Origin: Hypanus sabinus
Lineage: Eukaryota
NCBI RefSeq assembly: GCF_030144855.1
Contig: NC_082731.1
Coordinates: forward strand, 11,718,001 to 11,782,000
Length of the DNA: 64,000 bases
Reading direction: 5' to 3'
The notes under the pieces are model-generated. The model was not told where the DNA came from. It saw only the letters and a program-made list of their open reading frames with translations, and ran no database searches. Of the stretch, positions 50,051-64,000 are shown piece by piece. The first letter of the stretch is position 1. Every line of letters begins with the position of its first letter. Made by a program: the position numbers and the translations under genes.

Positions 50051-50399
50051 CAATTCCTATGGCACACAAGTCGAAGACCTCTAATCTGAATAGCAACCTT
50101 GGACGATATTTCATGCCTTCTACCCACCAAATCAATTGTACATCCATTTTCCAGTGCATACTGGATCCTATATGGTGCAACCAAACTTCCGGAGCAGTCT
50201 GACAGACAGGACCTTTTCACATTATTGCTAAATTCCGTGGAGAAATCATCTGCTCCCAATCATCTTAGACACCTTCTCAAAAAGCTCAGTCAATTTCGTG
50301 AGATACAACTTTTTACGTACAAAGCCATACTGCTAGTTCTGCAAATTAGCAGATTGATCAAAAGAAGGACAAGTAAATACAGAATGTGGAGTTTGAAGC

Positions 50400-51830
50400 T
50401 TTCTTGGTAGCCGAAAGGTATGTGTAACAGTGGATAGGAATTGTTCTTTGCTACCATATACCTTCCCCTTCAGTCCTGTGGCTCTTCCACTTATAGTGTC
50501 CCATCTTAACACGTCATTGCCACTCTCCCATCCTCCTCACTGTTACTTCCCTTCCATCTCCCACCTGGGTTCACCAACCACACGCCTGTTTGTGCTTCTA
50601 CCCTCCCCACAATATTTTATGCGGCTTCTGTCCTTCTCCTTTTCAATCTTCATAAAGGTTCTCGCCCTGAAGTTTCGACTGCAACACACGTAAAATACTG
50701 GAGGAACTCAGTTAGTCAGGCAGCATCTCGGCTATGAATAAACACTTGACGTCTCAGGCTGAGACCGTTCACCAGGACAGGAAAGGAAGAGGGAAGATGC
50801 TGAATATGAAGGAGGAGGGAGGGAAGGAGAACAATAAAAATTGAAGGCAGCTGGGTGGGGATGGGGGATGGACCTGAGAATTTGGGAGGTGATACGTGCA
50901 AAAGGGAAAGAGCTGGAGAAGAATTTTGATGGGAGAGAAGAGTGGATTACGGGAGAAGTGGAAGGAGGGTGGTCACCATGGGAGGTAATAGGTTGCTGAG
51001 GAAAGGAGGAAAGAGGCCAGAGTGAGTAATTGAAGAAGAAGGAAGAGGAACTGAATGAACTACCGGAAATTCCAAACATCGAAGTTCATGCCATTTGGTT
51101 GGAGACGACCTAGACGGAGTACCTGTTTTGCTTACAACATGAGAATCGCCTCATCATGGTAGAAGAGCAGGCCATGGACCAACGTGTTGGAACAGATATG
51201 GGGATCAGAACTGAAATGATTGGCCACCCAGAAATTCCACTGTTAGCGTTGTAGCTGAAGGGCTCACAAAGCGGTCCATCAATACGTCAGATCTCACCAA
51301 TGTAGAATAAATCATTTCCAGAGTATCGGACAGATTAAACACCGATTTGCAGGTGAGGAGTTGCCTCAACTGGAAGGAATGTTTATGGCACTGAATGGAG
51401 TTGCTGGAGGAGATCAATAGGCAGGTATTTCACTTCTGCCGTTTGCAGCGTAAGTGCCACGGTGGAGATTAGGGGTTGGGGGTGGGGAGGAATGAATGAA
51501 CAGAGAAATCACGGAGGAAGTGATCCTTATGGAAAGTGGGAGTAGGGCGGCGGAAGGTTCAGATGTGTTTAGTGGTAACGTCCCGTTGAAGATGGCTAAA
51601 GTTGCAGAGAATGATGTGCTGAATACGGAGACTCAGGGGTGGCAGATAAGAAAACTGCAATTATTATCCTGTCAAGGTGACGGTAAGATAGGGTGAGCAC
51701 AGACGTCCAGGAAATAGAGTACATAATGGTGAGAGCAGCATTAATGGTGGAGGAAATATCTTCTGTTCACTACCCGCCATAGATACCACCACAACTGCTG
51801 AGTTCCTTCAGTAACTTGTGTTGCGTTTTC
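50400..51830 (-). mobile_element. Penelope-like fragments (GIY-YIG 3' region and termini)
   Basis: Reverse-strand QLRQLLTCKS endonuclease remnant, purine-rich tract and terminal motif at 50690-50775. Confidence 0.65.
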
Positions 51831-53941
51831 TTCTTAACTGCCCTCTTCACCTTTCCTGAAAGCTCCGTAACCAGGAACGCAAAGCTTCCAGAAGTGTCAT
51901 TTTTTTTACAGATAAGTATTATCTAAGAAGTTATTCGTCGTGTTTCCAATGTCGCAGTTCATCTGCGTTTTTACTATTTTTCTGTGAAGGTACATAACAC
52001 ATTTTTACAGAACAGACCGTAGTTTAATTCTGAAATGCAAAAAGTACAAAACAAATCATCAGTATTTACAGCAAATTACAAAATAAATCTTTTCAGAACC
52101 TCAATTTTGGTCCTCTCTGTATAATTTCAAACTGCTAAATATTGACAGGTATGCAGCCATTTTGATTCTGATTATTTTCATTGCAAAAATAAATCATAGG
52201 GTCTGCCCCGAGGCAATATATAGCATAGAGCTTCCAAATTATAAAGGAACTAAAAGAAGGAACTAGCACTTTCACAGAAATTTATTTCGGCATCCATTTC
52301 AGAAAACCTCAACATTTGGTCCAGAACAAGGTGTGTTATCTTGCCATTGACAAAGAATGGCATAATACTTACAATTATTCTATATTCCAGATGAGTTTGT
52401 TTAAAGTTAGTGAACTTGTAGGTCTTTGGTATAATTGAGAGCACAGGATCGCAACCTAACTTTTGGGTGTTCCAACCCTTCCGAAAGCCCTTCAGTCAGA
52501 ATCATTTCTCATGATAATATATCTGACTTCCATGTCAGGTAAACTTGGAGGGAAGTTAGGATATACCTTTACCAAACAAACCAGATCTAAAATTTCTTCC
52601 TGGCAAATGGGTACAAATAGACTTTGATGATCATTGACTGATGTTTTAAGAATGGATGAATCCTTTTTATGGATAAGACACGCCACTGACAGTCACAGAT
52701 GATTAACAAATAGAATTTGGAATAAGGCATTCATCATAACCTCCAGAGAGTTAGTGAGCTTTTAGTATTAGGCTCTGGATATTAACATGACAGGACAGGT
52801 GGCTGCTTGGCGCCACCAGCTACCACTCGGACAGTTGCGCGTTATTTTCCTAAAATATATCAGCATATTATCTAAGATGAACATTTTTGCAAACTTTGTT
52901 TCAAATCATAGGGACATACGTGCATTACGTACCAACAATGCTTTCTTTCTACTTACAGACGGAGTACAGTGTAAGTAAATTAATTATTGTACTAAATCTC
53001 TTTGGTGTTTTTACTAACTGGGGAACTATGTATGACTAAATTCTAGATTCTAAGATTCTGCAGGTGCAAAAATACTATTATGTAAATCAGGGGCAAACCC
53101 ACGCCATGCACGCATTTCTATATCCGCAATGAAACCGACATTGCTATTCGGAATATGAATGAGTTATGAAAACCGGAATAGGAGCAGGAAACAGCAAAAG
53201 GTGCAAGGCAGTGATAACAAGGGCAAAATAGCCATTAACTCCTTGTGAGTAGAATGGCAAGATAAACAAATGATTTCAACACCATCTTGTGAGATTAGGC
53301 TGTAGCTGTGGAGATGTAATGACAAAAGTCAGCAGCCTAGTGGACAGTTTTTAGAGGTGCAGAACAGCAAGAATGCTTTAATCTGTCAGTATTTGTTCCT
53401 GTAATGTAGAGACAAATAGACTTCCTTAATTTATGCATCGAATTTAAGTTATGCAGTTTTGCCCGTGATCAGTTGGGCAGTTTTGAGTACCCATTACAGA
53501 GCCGTTCTCTTCGTCAGAGTGCAGTTTCCATCCTACCCTCCATCAAAGAGATATATAGTGGGAGGTGTCATAAAAGGGCCAGTGAAATCATGAAAATCTT
53601 TCCCACCCGGTTCATGGAGTGCCTGTACCTCTCCCATTAGGGAGGACAATATGTAGAATTCACAGAAGGACCAGCAGACTCAAAAACAGTTAGTTTGCAC
53701 AAGCAGTACGGCCGATCAACAGCTGCAACCACAAACCACCGCTCCACACCCCAACCACAACTACTTAAAAAATGTCCTGTCAGTCATCTTACACTCAAAC
53801 AATATCGTGCATCACACGATGGATACAATCAATTCAGTTATATAGGCTACCTTCCATACTTATATTTAATATGTTATCACTATTTATATTTTCTCAGCTC
53901 AAGCTGGTAAAACCTGAGATACGTGCATAACCAAAGACGCT

Positions 53942-56029
53942 CATAGAAACATAGAAACTAAGAAAACCGACAGCCCAATACAGGCCCTTCGTCCCACAAA
54001 ACCGTGCCGAACATGTTCAGACGTTAGAAATTACGAAGCTTACATATAGCCCTTTATTTTTCTAAGCTCCATGTACTTATCCAAAAGCCTCTTCAAAGAC
54101 CTTATCGTACCCACCTCCACCATCATTGCCGGCAGCCCATACCACGCACTCACCATTCTCTGAGAAAAATTTACCCCTGATATCTCCTCTGTACCGACTC
54201 CCCAGCACCTTAATCCTGTCTCCTCTTGTGGCAACCATTTTAACCCTGGGAAAAAGCATCCCACTATCCAAACGATCAATGTCTCTCATCATCTTATACG
54301 CCTCTATCAGGTCAACTCCCATCCTTCGTCACTCCAAAGAGAAAAGGTCGAGTTCACTCCGCCTATTCTCATAAGGCATGCTCTCCAATCGAGGCAACAT
54401 CCTTGTAAATCTCCTCTGTACTCTTTCTATGGCGTCCACATCCTTCCCGTAGTGAGGCGACCAGAACTGGGCACAGTACAACAAGTGTGGTCTGACCAGA
54501 GTCCTATATATCTGCAGCATTACCTCTCAGCTCCTGAATTCAATTCGACGATTGATGAAGGCCAATACACCGTAGGCCTTCTTAACCACAGAGACAACAT
54601 GTGCAGCTGCTTTGAGTGTCCCATGGACTCGGACCCCAAGATCTCTCTGATCCTCCACACTGCTTAGACTCTTACCATTAATACTATATTCTGCCATCAT
54701 ATTTGACCTACCAAAATTAACCACTTCACACTTATCTGGGTTGAACTCCATCTGCCACTTCTCAGCCCAGTTTTGCATCCTTTCCAATGTCCCGCTGTAT
54801 CTCTGACAGTACTCTACACTATCCACAACACCCCAACCTTTGTGTCATCAGCAAACTTATAACCCATCCCTCCACTTCTTCATCCAGGTCATTTATAAAA
54901 ATCATGAAGAGTAAGGTTCCCAGAACAGATCCCTGGGGCACCTTATCAAATACCTTGCTGAAATCCATATACACTACATCGACTGTTCTTCTTTCATCAA
55001 TGTCTTTAGTCACATCCTCAAAAAATTCAATCAGGCTCGTAAGGCACCACCGGCCCTTGACAAACTCATGCTGACTATTCCTAACCATATTATATCTTCA
55101 AATGTTCATAAATCCTGCCTCTCAGTACCTTCTCCATCAATTTATCAACCAATGAGGTAGACTTACTGGTATATAATTTTCTGGGCTATCACTACTCCCT
55201 TTCTTGAATAAAGGAACAACATCCGCAACCCCCCAATCCCCCGGAACCTCTCCCGTCCCCATTGAGGATGCAAAGAACATCGGCAGAGTCTCAACAATCT
55301 CCTCTCTTGCTTCCCACTGTAGCCTGTGTACCTCTCATTCGGTCCCGGCAACTTATCCAACTTGATGTTTCCAAAAGCTACAGCACATCTTCTTTATTAA
55401 TATCTACATGCTCAAGCTTTTCATTCTGCTGCGTCATCACTACAATCTCCAAGGTCCTTTTTCATATTGAATACTGAAGTAAAGTATTCATTAAATACCT
55501 CTGCTATTTCTTCCGTTTCCATACACACTTTCCCACAGTCACAGTTGATAGGTCCTATTCTTTCACGTCTTATCTTCTTGCTCTTTACACACTTGTAGAA
55601 TGCCTTGGGGTTTTCCTTAATCCTGCCCGCCAAGGCCTTCTCATGACCCCTTCTGGCTCCACTAATTTCCTTCTTAAGCTCCTTCCTCCTTCCTTATAAT
55701 CTTCTAGATCTCTAACATTACCTAGCTCTCTGAACCTTTTGCAAAGTTTTCTTTTCTTCTTGACTAGGTTTATTACAGCAATTGTACACCACGGTTCCTG
55801 TACCCTACCATAACTTCCCTGCATTATTGAAACGTACCTATGCAGAACTCCATACAAATAGTCCCTGAACATCTGCCATATTTCTTCTGTACTTTTCCCT
55901 GAGAACATGTTTCCAGTTTCATCTTCCAATTTCCTGCCTGAGAGCTTCAAAATTCCCCTTACTCCTATTAAACGCTTTTCAAACTTGTCTGCTTCTATCT
56001 CTCTCCAATGCTATTGTAAAGGAGATAGA
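53942..56029 (-). mobile_element. CR1 LINE ORF2 3' half with (TTTCTATG)n-type tail
   Basis: QHEFVKGRWCLTSLIEFFEDVT, YMDFSKVFDKVPQGSVLG, WAEKWQMEFNPDKCEV and YCAQFWSPHY motifs; catagaaacatagaaac tail. Confidence 0.92.

Positions 56030-56090
<61 letters not shown>
56030..56090. repeat. (ATT)n microsatellite
   Basis: About 20 tandem ATT units. Confidence 0.98.
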
Positions 56091-56091
<1 letters not shown>

Positions 56092-56859
56092 GATTTCAGT
56101 TTGTTGTGTTTTGTACTGCATTGGATTCCGAGTAACAATTATTTCATTCTCCTATACATTTGTGTACTGGAAATTGAATTAAGCAATCTTAAATCTTGAA
56201 TCCTGAATTTTGATCATTTTTTATTGTTTATTGATTAGACCTCATCTTAGAAATTAAACTAGAAGAGATCTGAAAGGATATTAATACCTTCGGTGATACT
56301 GAGCGCAAAATGAGAATATAAGCATAGGTAATGGAAATGTGGTTCTCTGCAAGACTGCTCAGTCATTCCAGAGATACTGGGTGTTCTGCACTTGATTTTG
56401 CATTTAGTTGCTTGATCACCAGAATCTTTCATATTTAGAGGTGGAGCCAAGTGATTCCTGAACTTTTCATCTAAGGATAATGGAGATTAAGAGATATTTC
56501 ATGGACGTGTTCGATGTTATTTAGTCATTTGACTGAACAAAAAATGAAGAATCATGTTTGAAATTTTGAAGAGCTGAAGACCAGCGGGAAATAATGGTAA
56601 ATATTTGACAATAAACCAATGGGAATATTGCATTTACTCCGCGAGTTCTTATATTCTGGCAAGTAACAAGAAATTCAACAACTGTTTTCAATTGATACAC
56701 GGTTTGAAATTAAATTTTCGTCAGTACAGAATAGGGGAGGGGGTGCTGGTTAAAACGGCACTGTAGATTTCCAGAAGAGATGCAATAAGACAGATTAGCC
56801 GTACAGTATGTTGACTCATTCCGGATTTCTGGTCATCATGGCTTAGCTTCGCGAACGAA

Positions 56860-57480
56860 GATTTAGGCTGGGGGCTGCCCATGTCTGCGGCAGGCTGGCT
56901 GGTTGCTCACGAGGCCAATACGGGACAAGCAGACCCAACCGCAGCGGCTGCTCGGGGATGACGGTCGTGGGCGTGTCCTTCGGTCTGCGCAAAGGTATTT
57001 TTTAGCTGGAGTGTAGTGTGCGCGGTACTGGCCCCATTCTTTACACCCGGGGTTCATCTGCCCGAGCCTAGCAAGCTGGTGCGGTGACAGCGAGGTTTCT
57101 ATGAATGCAATAAATCGCAACTTCTAAGAATAAGAATCCACAGTGATTTGCATGTACGATATCTATGCTTTGCTTTCATTTGGTTCAAGGGTTATAAATT
57201 TTATTAGAAACGAAAACAGCACCGCAAATATGTGGACGCTGAACAATCAGGTACGTATAACCACACCGCCTCAAAATTCATCCAGAGCAATTAAGAATTT
57301 TATTCACAAATCATTTGGCTAAGCTTTACAATACAGTTTTGATGAGATCTGGCAAACATAAAACCTGGCAAGTCTCAAGCTGGACAATCAGGTGCCATTT
57401 CACCGGTGTCACAAGCATGTACAATCATATTATGTCACACCATCATTGAAGATAGGGATGTTCTTAGAGCCTCGCCGACT
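56860..57480 (-). mobile_element. RTE-like LINE 3' remnant
   Basis: C-terminal CGWVCLSRIGLVSNQPAC resembles the RTE C..CGR.C.SRIGL.SH.R.C motif. Confidence 0.55.
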
Positions 57481-58779
57481 GAAAATAATTTAAAATTCTC
57501 TCCTTTATCTTTCTGATTCAACAGCAAGATGCATGGGAAAACAAAAAAAACATTTTAAAGGTTGTAAGAAATTACTTTATTCGAATTGTTTAACGAATAA
57601 TCTCTCTCTCTCCCGATTGTCACCACATTCAAATCTGACATCATTTCGTTCTGCAAACTTGCATGTTGTGCTACAGATCTTGGCATTTATCGAAGCCCAA
57701 TCGCATTTTATTCTTTTCTTACACGTCACTTCATTGATACATTATACCATAAAGCAAAATACTGTATTGCAAAAATATAAACTACAGTAAGTACAAACTT
57801 AATATCAAAAGGGTTATTATAATTTAAGTTCCATATAGGTAGTAAATCATACTATATAGTTGGGATCTGATGCTGCAATCGGCTAACATCTCCCTTCAGG
57901 CAGGAAGCTAAATGAAACTGCACTACAAGCAGGACTAGTATGAAAATTATGGAAAGATTTGAAGGGATTCTAACCTAAGGCTATATCTGGACATTGATCT
58001 CACAATTCCAAAACTTATTCCCAAAATCGAAGTCACATAATGATTCATTTGCTTTGACAGCATGCGGTTTTATTCCACAGTGTGCTTAGTCCATCGAGGT
58101 CGAATCCAATGAAGCGAGGAAAACTTTTTTGTAGAAGAATGGCTTTTATGAGTCTTTCCCCGCATTCGGATGGCATTGTCCCTGGAGCATGGTCCCTGTT
58201 GTTGATCGGATTTCATCCAGCATTCTAATTTCACCTAAAGTAAACAATACATTTGTTTATTATTAGTTTTAAACCATTCTCATTCGATTTTTTCCCCTAT
58301 TTAAACATGAGGTGTTCTGCCCATTGTAATGAAACACAGTAACTTCAAACACATCTCCGTTTGAAGCAGCCTCCCCATTATTCTCAAGATCATTTGGGAT
58401 GTACACCCGTACTTGCCTTCCCCGGGGAAATCCTTCTATCGTTCACGCCTCTTCCAACGGTTCCAACGTACATTCTGGTAATCGATGATCCTTTGGAAAG
58501 GGCTTCTCATTCAGGCCATACAAGGCTTGGAATAGTGCAGTCAGCCTCCACTGTAAGGTGTGGTTTGATGTCCATAAACTAATCTGCTGTTTCGAAAGAT
58601 CATTCATCCTCTCACTCAGTCTGATGCTTAGGGTTAACATGGTCCCTGATATGCACAATAAATGCTTTTCCTGGCAGCCCAGTATTTCACAGGTTGTCCT
58701 TCAAAATGAAACCCGTTAACCGATTGCATTTTGGGGATCTTCATAGCAAAAATTAAGTTCTGTCATCACTCAACCTATG

Positions 58780-59890
58780 ATCCGGAGCAACACACAGACA
58801 AAATTCTGGAGGAACTCAGCAGATCAGGCAGCATCCATGGAAAAGAATGAACAGCCGACCTTTCGGCCCGAGACCCATCATGAGGATTGGAAAGGAAGAG
58901 AAAGATGCCAGAATAATAAGGCGAACAAGCTAGAAGGTGATAGGTGGGTAGAGGAGGGGCAATGAGATGAGAAGATTCGAGGTGATAGGTGGTAAAGGCA
59001 AGGGGATGTATAGGTAGGAAATTAATAGGATACGAAGGTATAGCAAAGGAGAACGTGAAGGAGGAGGGACACCAGTGTGAAGTGACAGGCTAAAGAAGCC
59101 AGAGAGATAAATTGAAGACGAGGGATGGGGAGCAGAAGTATCGGAGTCTGGAGAAATCGATGTTCATGCCATCAGGTTGGAAGCTACCTGGATGGAATAT
59201 GAGCTGTTGCTCCTTCAATTTGAGAGTGTCCTCATCAATGAAGAAGAGTCGTCCATGGACTGACAATTCAGAACGGAAATGTGGATAAAAAATGAAAATG
59301 GATGGTCACTGGGAAATTCAGGATTAGCAAATGAGGCAGAGAAACTGAACAGTGTTGTCTCTGCAGTTCATTAGCAAGGAATGCCGACCCCTCAATAATC
59401 ACCACTTCAACAGTCTCCAGCTGTCCTCCTCTACTCTGACACCCTCTTCTGGTTTTCCACCTAATAATGTTTTCATTACTGACGAGACATCATTCGGCTC
59501 AGATTCAGCACCACATTCTCCTCTTTAGACCTTAGACCGTCTAAAGGCCCTGACTTCCACTCTCTCCCCAGCAATCCAAGCCTGACCATCAAACCCGCAG
59601 ATAAACGGGTGCTGTTGTGTCGTGGCATAGTGAAATCTACCTTGGTGAAGCCTGGTGACAACTCTCAGCACCTCCTCTTACTTGCCCCTTGAAAAGGACC
59701 TCACTCAGGACCATCAGGACATTATCTCCAATACTATAATTAACTTCATCAACTCTGAAGATTTCCAATCCACTGTCAACAAACACATTGTTTACTTACC
59801 CCGCAATTCACGTTTCTACTTCTTACCCAAGATTCACAAACCTGACTCTCCATGTGGGCCTATTGTTTCTGCCTGCTCCTGCTCCACGAA
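58780..59890. mobile_element. Penelope-like fragments (3' end on minus, RT fragment on plus)
   Basis: Terminal motif at 58790-58880, and SLTIKPADK and RFYFLPKIHKPDSPCGPIVSAC RT motifs at 59580-59875. Confidence 0.75.
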
Positions 59891-60169
59891 GGTACATCAC
59901 CAGCGAAGGGAGGAATTGTTGCATTGCCCGCTGCAGTGGACATGGCTCACTCCAGGAAGCTGATTGTAGTGGATTAGCCCGAGGGCTTTTCGATACACCA
60001 GAAGGACCAACATGCTGTCAGAATGGGCAAAATCTGGAGCACGGTGTTTCATGAAAAAGCTATTTGTGATGCTCAGATTTACCTGGAACATCTCGTTCGC
60101 CTGACCTGGAACATCTATGATTACATGCCATAGGTTGTACTTACTGAGAGAGTTATCCTTCGTGAGCCT

Positions 60170-60620
60170 GACTGCAGTTCACATACTGACAAAGGCATTT
60201 GTTAAGCAGCACTCGAGGTATTGAGTGCCTCGATGAACAAAGAAAAAAACTGTGCACTGCAACATTATGGAATAATTGTAGGAGACTTCATTCAGCCTTG
60301 TTTGGAGAAATCTCTGGCCACTTATCATCACCATATCACCTGGAGTACAAAGAGTCTCAACGCATTTGGCCACTGTCATACTATGATTAGGAATGTCTAC
60401 CATTCTATCCCTAATCCGCATTTTGGGAAATCTGATCATCTGGCTGTTCTCCTCCAATATGCATACAAACAGAGGCGAAAGCACAAAGCTTCATAGATCC
60501 AGACAACAATGAACTTGTCCTGGGAGATAGAAGACCAGCTGCGCGATTGCTTTGAGTCAGTGGACTGGGCCGCATTCAAGCAGTCTTCAGAGGATCTGAT
60601 CGAAAATGCCATGGTGTTCC
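60170..60620 (+). mobile_element. Rex1/Babar-like LINE endonuclease fragment
   Basis: IIVGDFIQ...LNAFGHCHTMIRNVY...PHFGKSDHLAVLL. Confidence 0.6.
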
Positions 60621-60719
60621 CAGGCTTCTACAGATAGTCATATCCGAGGTTGTCTGGGTTCACATAAAAACGTTATTTGGAGTGAGGTGTTCCCATCAAT
60701 GAGATGAGATTTGAGGTGT

Positions 60720-61480
60720 GGGTTATACAGGAGTCCTACCCTATAAAAAGTGACACATAGGGTCAGGTTACTGACAGAGCCTGCTCGCTCAAGAAAGAGG
60801 CACGATGCCTCAATCAAAACAACTTTCAGCGGACCTTAGAAGAAGAATTGTGGAGACGTATGGAGCTGGAAAAGGCTACTAAAGCATTTCTAAAGACATG
60901 AGTGTTCATCATTCCACAGAAAGAGATACTGAAGGAAGTACTGTTGCTACTCTAGCTAGGAGTGCGCATCCTGCAAAGCTCAGAACAACAGCACATCGTG
61001 CAATGCTGAGGGAGGTGAAAAGGAACCCAATGAGAATAGTTCAAGACCTGTAGAAATCTCTCGAACTTGCTAAAGTCTTTGTACATGTGTCCACTATAAG
61101 AAAACACTGAACAAGATTGATGTTCTTGGAAGGACACCACAACAGAAACAGCTGCTATCCAAAAAAAAAGAAAAACACATTGCTGCATGTCTGAAGTTTG
61201 CAAAAGACCACCTGGATGTTGAACATCGCTTCTGGGACAAGGTCCTTTGGACAGATGGGACAAAAGTTTACCTTTTTGGCAGAAATGTATATTGCTAGGT
61301 TTGGAGAGAAAAGGGCCCTGCACGCCAATACCAAAACAACACCCCAACTGTGAACCATGATTTGGGGCTGATTTGCTTTCTCAGGACCTGGGTAGCTTGC
61401 AATCATTGAGGGAGCAATGAATTCAAATTTCTATCAAGAATGCCAGGGTAGCAGGGAGTCACTTGCAGCTTCATAATGTC
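60720..61480 (+). mobile_element. Tc1/mariner transposase remnant
   Basis: RRIVE.YGAGKGY (HTH), CLKFAKDHLDV...WDKVLWTDGTKV (first D of DDE); frameshifted. Confidence 0.85.
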
Positions 61481-62029
61481 TTCACAATGAGGGATAGATA
61501 TGGATAAGAACTGGATGTCCGTAGTGAAAATAAGGCGATTATGAAACCAACATTTGCAGAAGGGATGGAGAGTATGTAAAGTGTTACGGATGTAGGAAGG
61601 TAGAGTTATTGTTAGAGATATGAACGAACCAAGTCAGCAAAATAGAGACGAGGTATGCAGATATGAGTTCCGTGGGTTCTTTGTATTCTGAGGCTTTGTC
61701 CTCTGTTCGAAATTATCCACTGTAGGAAACACCTTCCCCAATTCTGCTCTATCTATGGTCATTCAATATTCAATATGCTTAAATGAGATCTCCCCTGATT
61801 ATTGTGAACTCCAGCGAGTTCAGACCCAGAGCCATCAGATGCATATCCTACGAAACCACTTAAATTCGGGATCATTCTCGTGATCCACATCGGGATCCTC
61901 TCAAAGTGTATGATTTATTTGCGAAGAGCCTGCCTATGTGTCTTGAAGATGTCCTCTGGACAAGGCAACTTTGGTAACAGATCCTGCCTCCACCGCCACC
62001 AGCAAAATAGACAATGCAGTTTACTTTAA

Positions 62030-62750
62030 ATAATAAAGACAGGAGATTCTACAGATGCTGGAAACCCAAAAGAACTTGCAGAAAATGCTGGAAAAACTCA
62101 GCAAGTCAAGCAGCATTTATGAAAATGAAAAAACAGTTGACATTTTCAGCTGAAACCCTCTTCGGGACAGGAAAGGAAGGGGAAAGACCTCAGAATAATA
62201 AAAAAAAAAAGTGGGGGTGGAGGGAAAGGTGGACTACCTGTAAGGTGGTATGTGAAGCAAGGTGGATAGGAAAAGTAAAGCACTGGAGAAGAAATCTGAT
62301 AGGAGATCAGGGTGAACCAAGGGAGAAAGGGGAGAAGGAGGGGCACTAGGGGGAGCAGAAGAGGTGAGAAGCCTCTCAGAAGGAATAAAAAGATAGGGGG
62401 TGGGAAAAGTACAATAAGGAGAAATTGATGTAAAGGCAATCAGGTTGGAGGCCACCAGGACAAAATATGAGGTGTTGCCATCCACCCCGAGAGTGGTCGT
62501 CTTGTGGAAAAAGAAGAGGCCAGGCGATGACATGTCAGTGGAGAAATGGGGATAAGAATTAAAATGATTGCCCACTGGTAAATTCTGCTTTTGGGTGATG
62601 GAGTGTAGATGCTCGAAAAAATGGTCCACCAATTTACGTTAGGCCACAACAAATTCATAAGTGAAATGTTACCCCACCTGGATGGACGGTTTGGGCCCCT
62701 GAATGGAGATAAGGGAGGAGGTGAATGAGTAGTTATCGCATTTCTGTATT
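62030..62750 (-). mobile_element. Penelope-like 3' fragment
   Basis: DHFFEHLHSITQKQNLPVGNHFNS...FRLGGLQPDC-type GIY-YIG C-terminus plus terminal motif. Confidence 0.7.
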
Positions 62751-63339
62751 TACTTTAAATATCCATTCCCGAACTGTACGGTTTTGTATGATTTTAATTC
62801 TGACTGTTGTGAAATGACAAATGACAGAAGGCTGCCTGTAATTTTTCTTTGATGGTTTTTCCTCCCAATATGACAATGAAATATGACAGTGATAGCTTCT
62901 AGTGGATATGTAGTGTGTTTACATCATATAATATCTTAAGTAGCACAGCTACCTTCACTCCTGTTTTTTCAAGCAGATTAAACTTTTTTGCCTAAACAAA
63001 AGCCTGCATCTTTGCAGCTGGTGCGCTGAATTTCAGTATGCCTTTGGAGTAGCTGATGAGAATGGATAACTATGGAATGTACATGGGTTTCCCACCTCCA
63101 GAGCTACAATTAAACATGGTCAATGAACTATGAACTTTTTGCTGCTTTCCAACCACTTAATGCAATTGATGTTATCAACAATGCAGCTCATACTAATGGG
63201 GCAGATGAAATAACTAAAGGGAATAAAAGAGATAACTTTGCTAAGGCAACAGCAGAATATTAAGCTCATGTCACATTCTAGTGTGATCAGGCTGCCAATA
63301 CTTTACAAATTCTTTTCATGAACTAATACAATTATGGTT

Positions 63340-64000
63340 GGAGGTGTAAAGCACTCTTTCCCTCCAGGCTGCCATGGCCCATAACCTTGCTATTAGGCTA
63401 CCACACACTATGGCATATCACCCACAGTCCAACGGCCAATGCAAGGGGGTTCATGACTGCTTAAAGCCTGCTCTGAGGGCTTCCCTGACTGATGAGTGTC
63501 AGCACGATTGTCTCCTGTGGGTCCTGCTGGGGCTCAGAACAGTTCCAAAAGAGAACCTCCAGTCATCCGTGGTTGAGTTAGCATTTGGGCAGCCATTACA
63601 AGTTGCAGGTGATTTCATTCCTGCTGCCATGACCATCTTGTTGACATCTCAAAAGCATTCTACCAAGCTTAGTAAGTTCAATTCCTTTTCACATATTCCT
63701 GGGTTCCTGTTGACCTACATTCCACCTTGTTGCTTTTGTTTGGCATAATGCACAACACAAACCCCTTAGAATGCCCTGCAATGGCCTGCTCTGCATTTTG
63801 AAACAGGGAGAAAGCAGGGAGAATTGATAAGAGGAGTAAACATGAATGTAATTTGGTATATTGTCTTAAACTGGCCCAAAAAATTTTGGAGGGTTCTGCT
63901 ACCATGCCTCTAGTGTCACTACATGATGATGAGCATGGCAATGCACCTCTGGACAAGCCAGAAGCAGCTTCTGTTCCTCCACCCATGCAACACAGGACTC
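63340..64000 (+). mobile_element. Gypsy integrase remnant
   Basis: HTMAYHPQSNGQCKGVHDCLKPALRA...WVLLGLRTVPKENLQSSVVELAFGQPL. Confidence 0.8.

Noticed and set aside
52370-52690. ~315-nt span bounded by cag and GTAAGT with EEILDLVCLVKVYP, faintly like an Ig C domain
   Set aside because: It has in-frame stops and lacks the conserved Trp and second Cys. Probably a chance match or an ancient repeat.
56863-57120. GC-rich ORF that looked like a host exon
   Set aside because: It matches an RTE-type LINE C-terminal zinc motif.

Overview
This is eukaryotic, repeat-rich genomic DNA from a cartilaginous fish; a ray is likely but that is inferred only from the repeat style. The one host gene is a complete, apparently intact IgNAR (heavy-chain-only new antigen receptor) cluster on the minus strand, about 36.5 kb to 3.4 kb. 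Its order is octamer+TATA promoter, leader, V, two D segments, one J, C1-C5 with a secretory tailpiece, TM1 and a distant TM2. Splice sites are GT/AG, reading frames are open and the RSSs satisfy the 12/23 rule. Notable points: two D segments instead of the three described for nurse shark; a D1 encoding Cys in all three frames together with a type-II CDR1 Cys; a J starting with Cys-Cys; a non-consensus RSS on D2 that every V-D-J pathway must use; and a VH-oriented octamer. The rest is decayed transposons (CR1, Rex1/Babar-like, Penelope-like with degenerate hammerhead motifs, Gypsy, Chapaev3-like, Tc1, V-SINE), microsatellites and two assembly gaps. Repeat boundaries were set by eye and are approximate.
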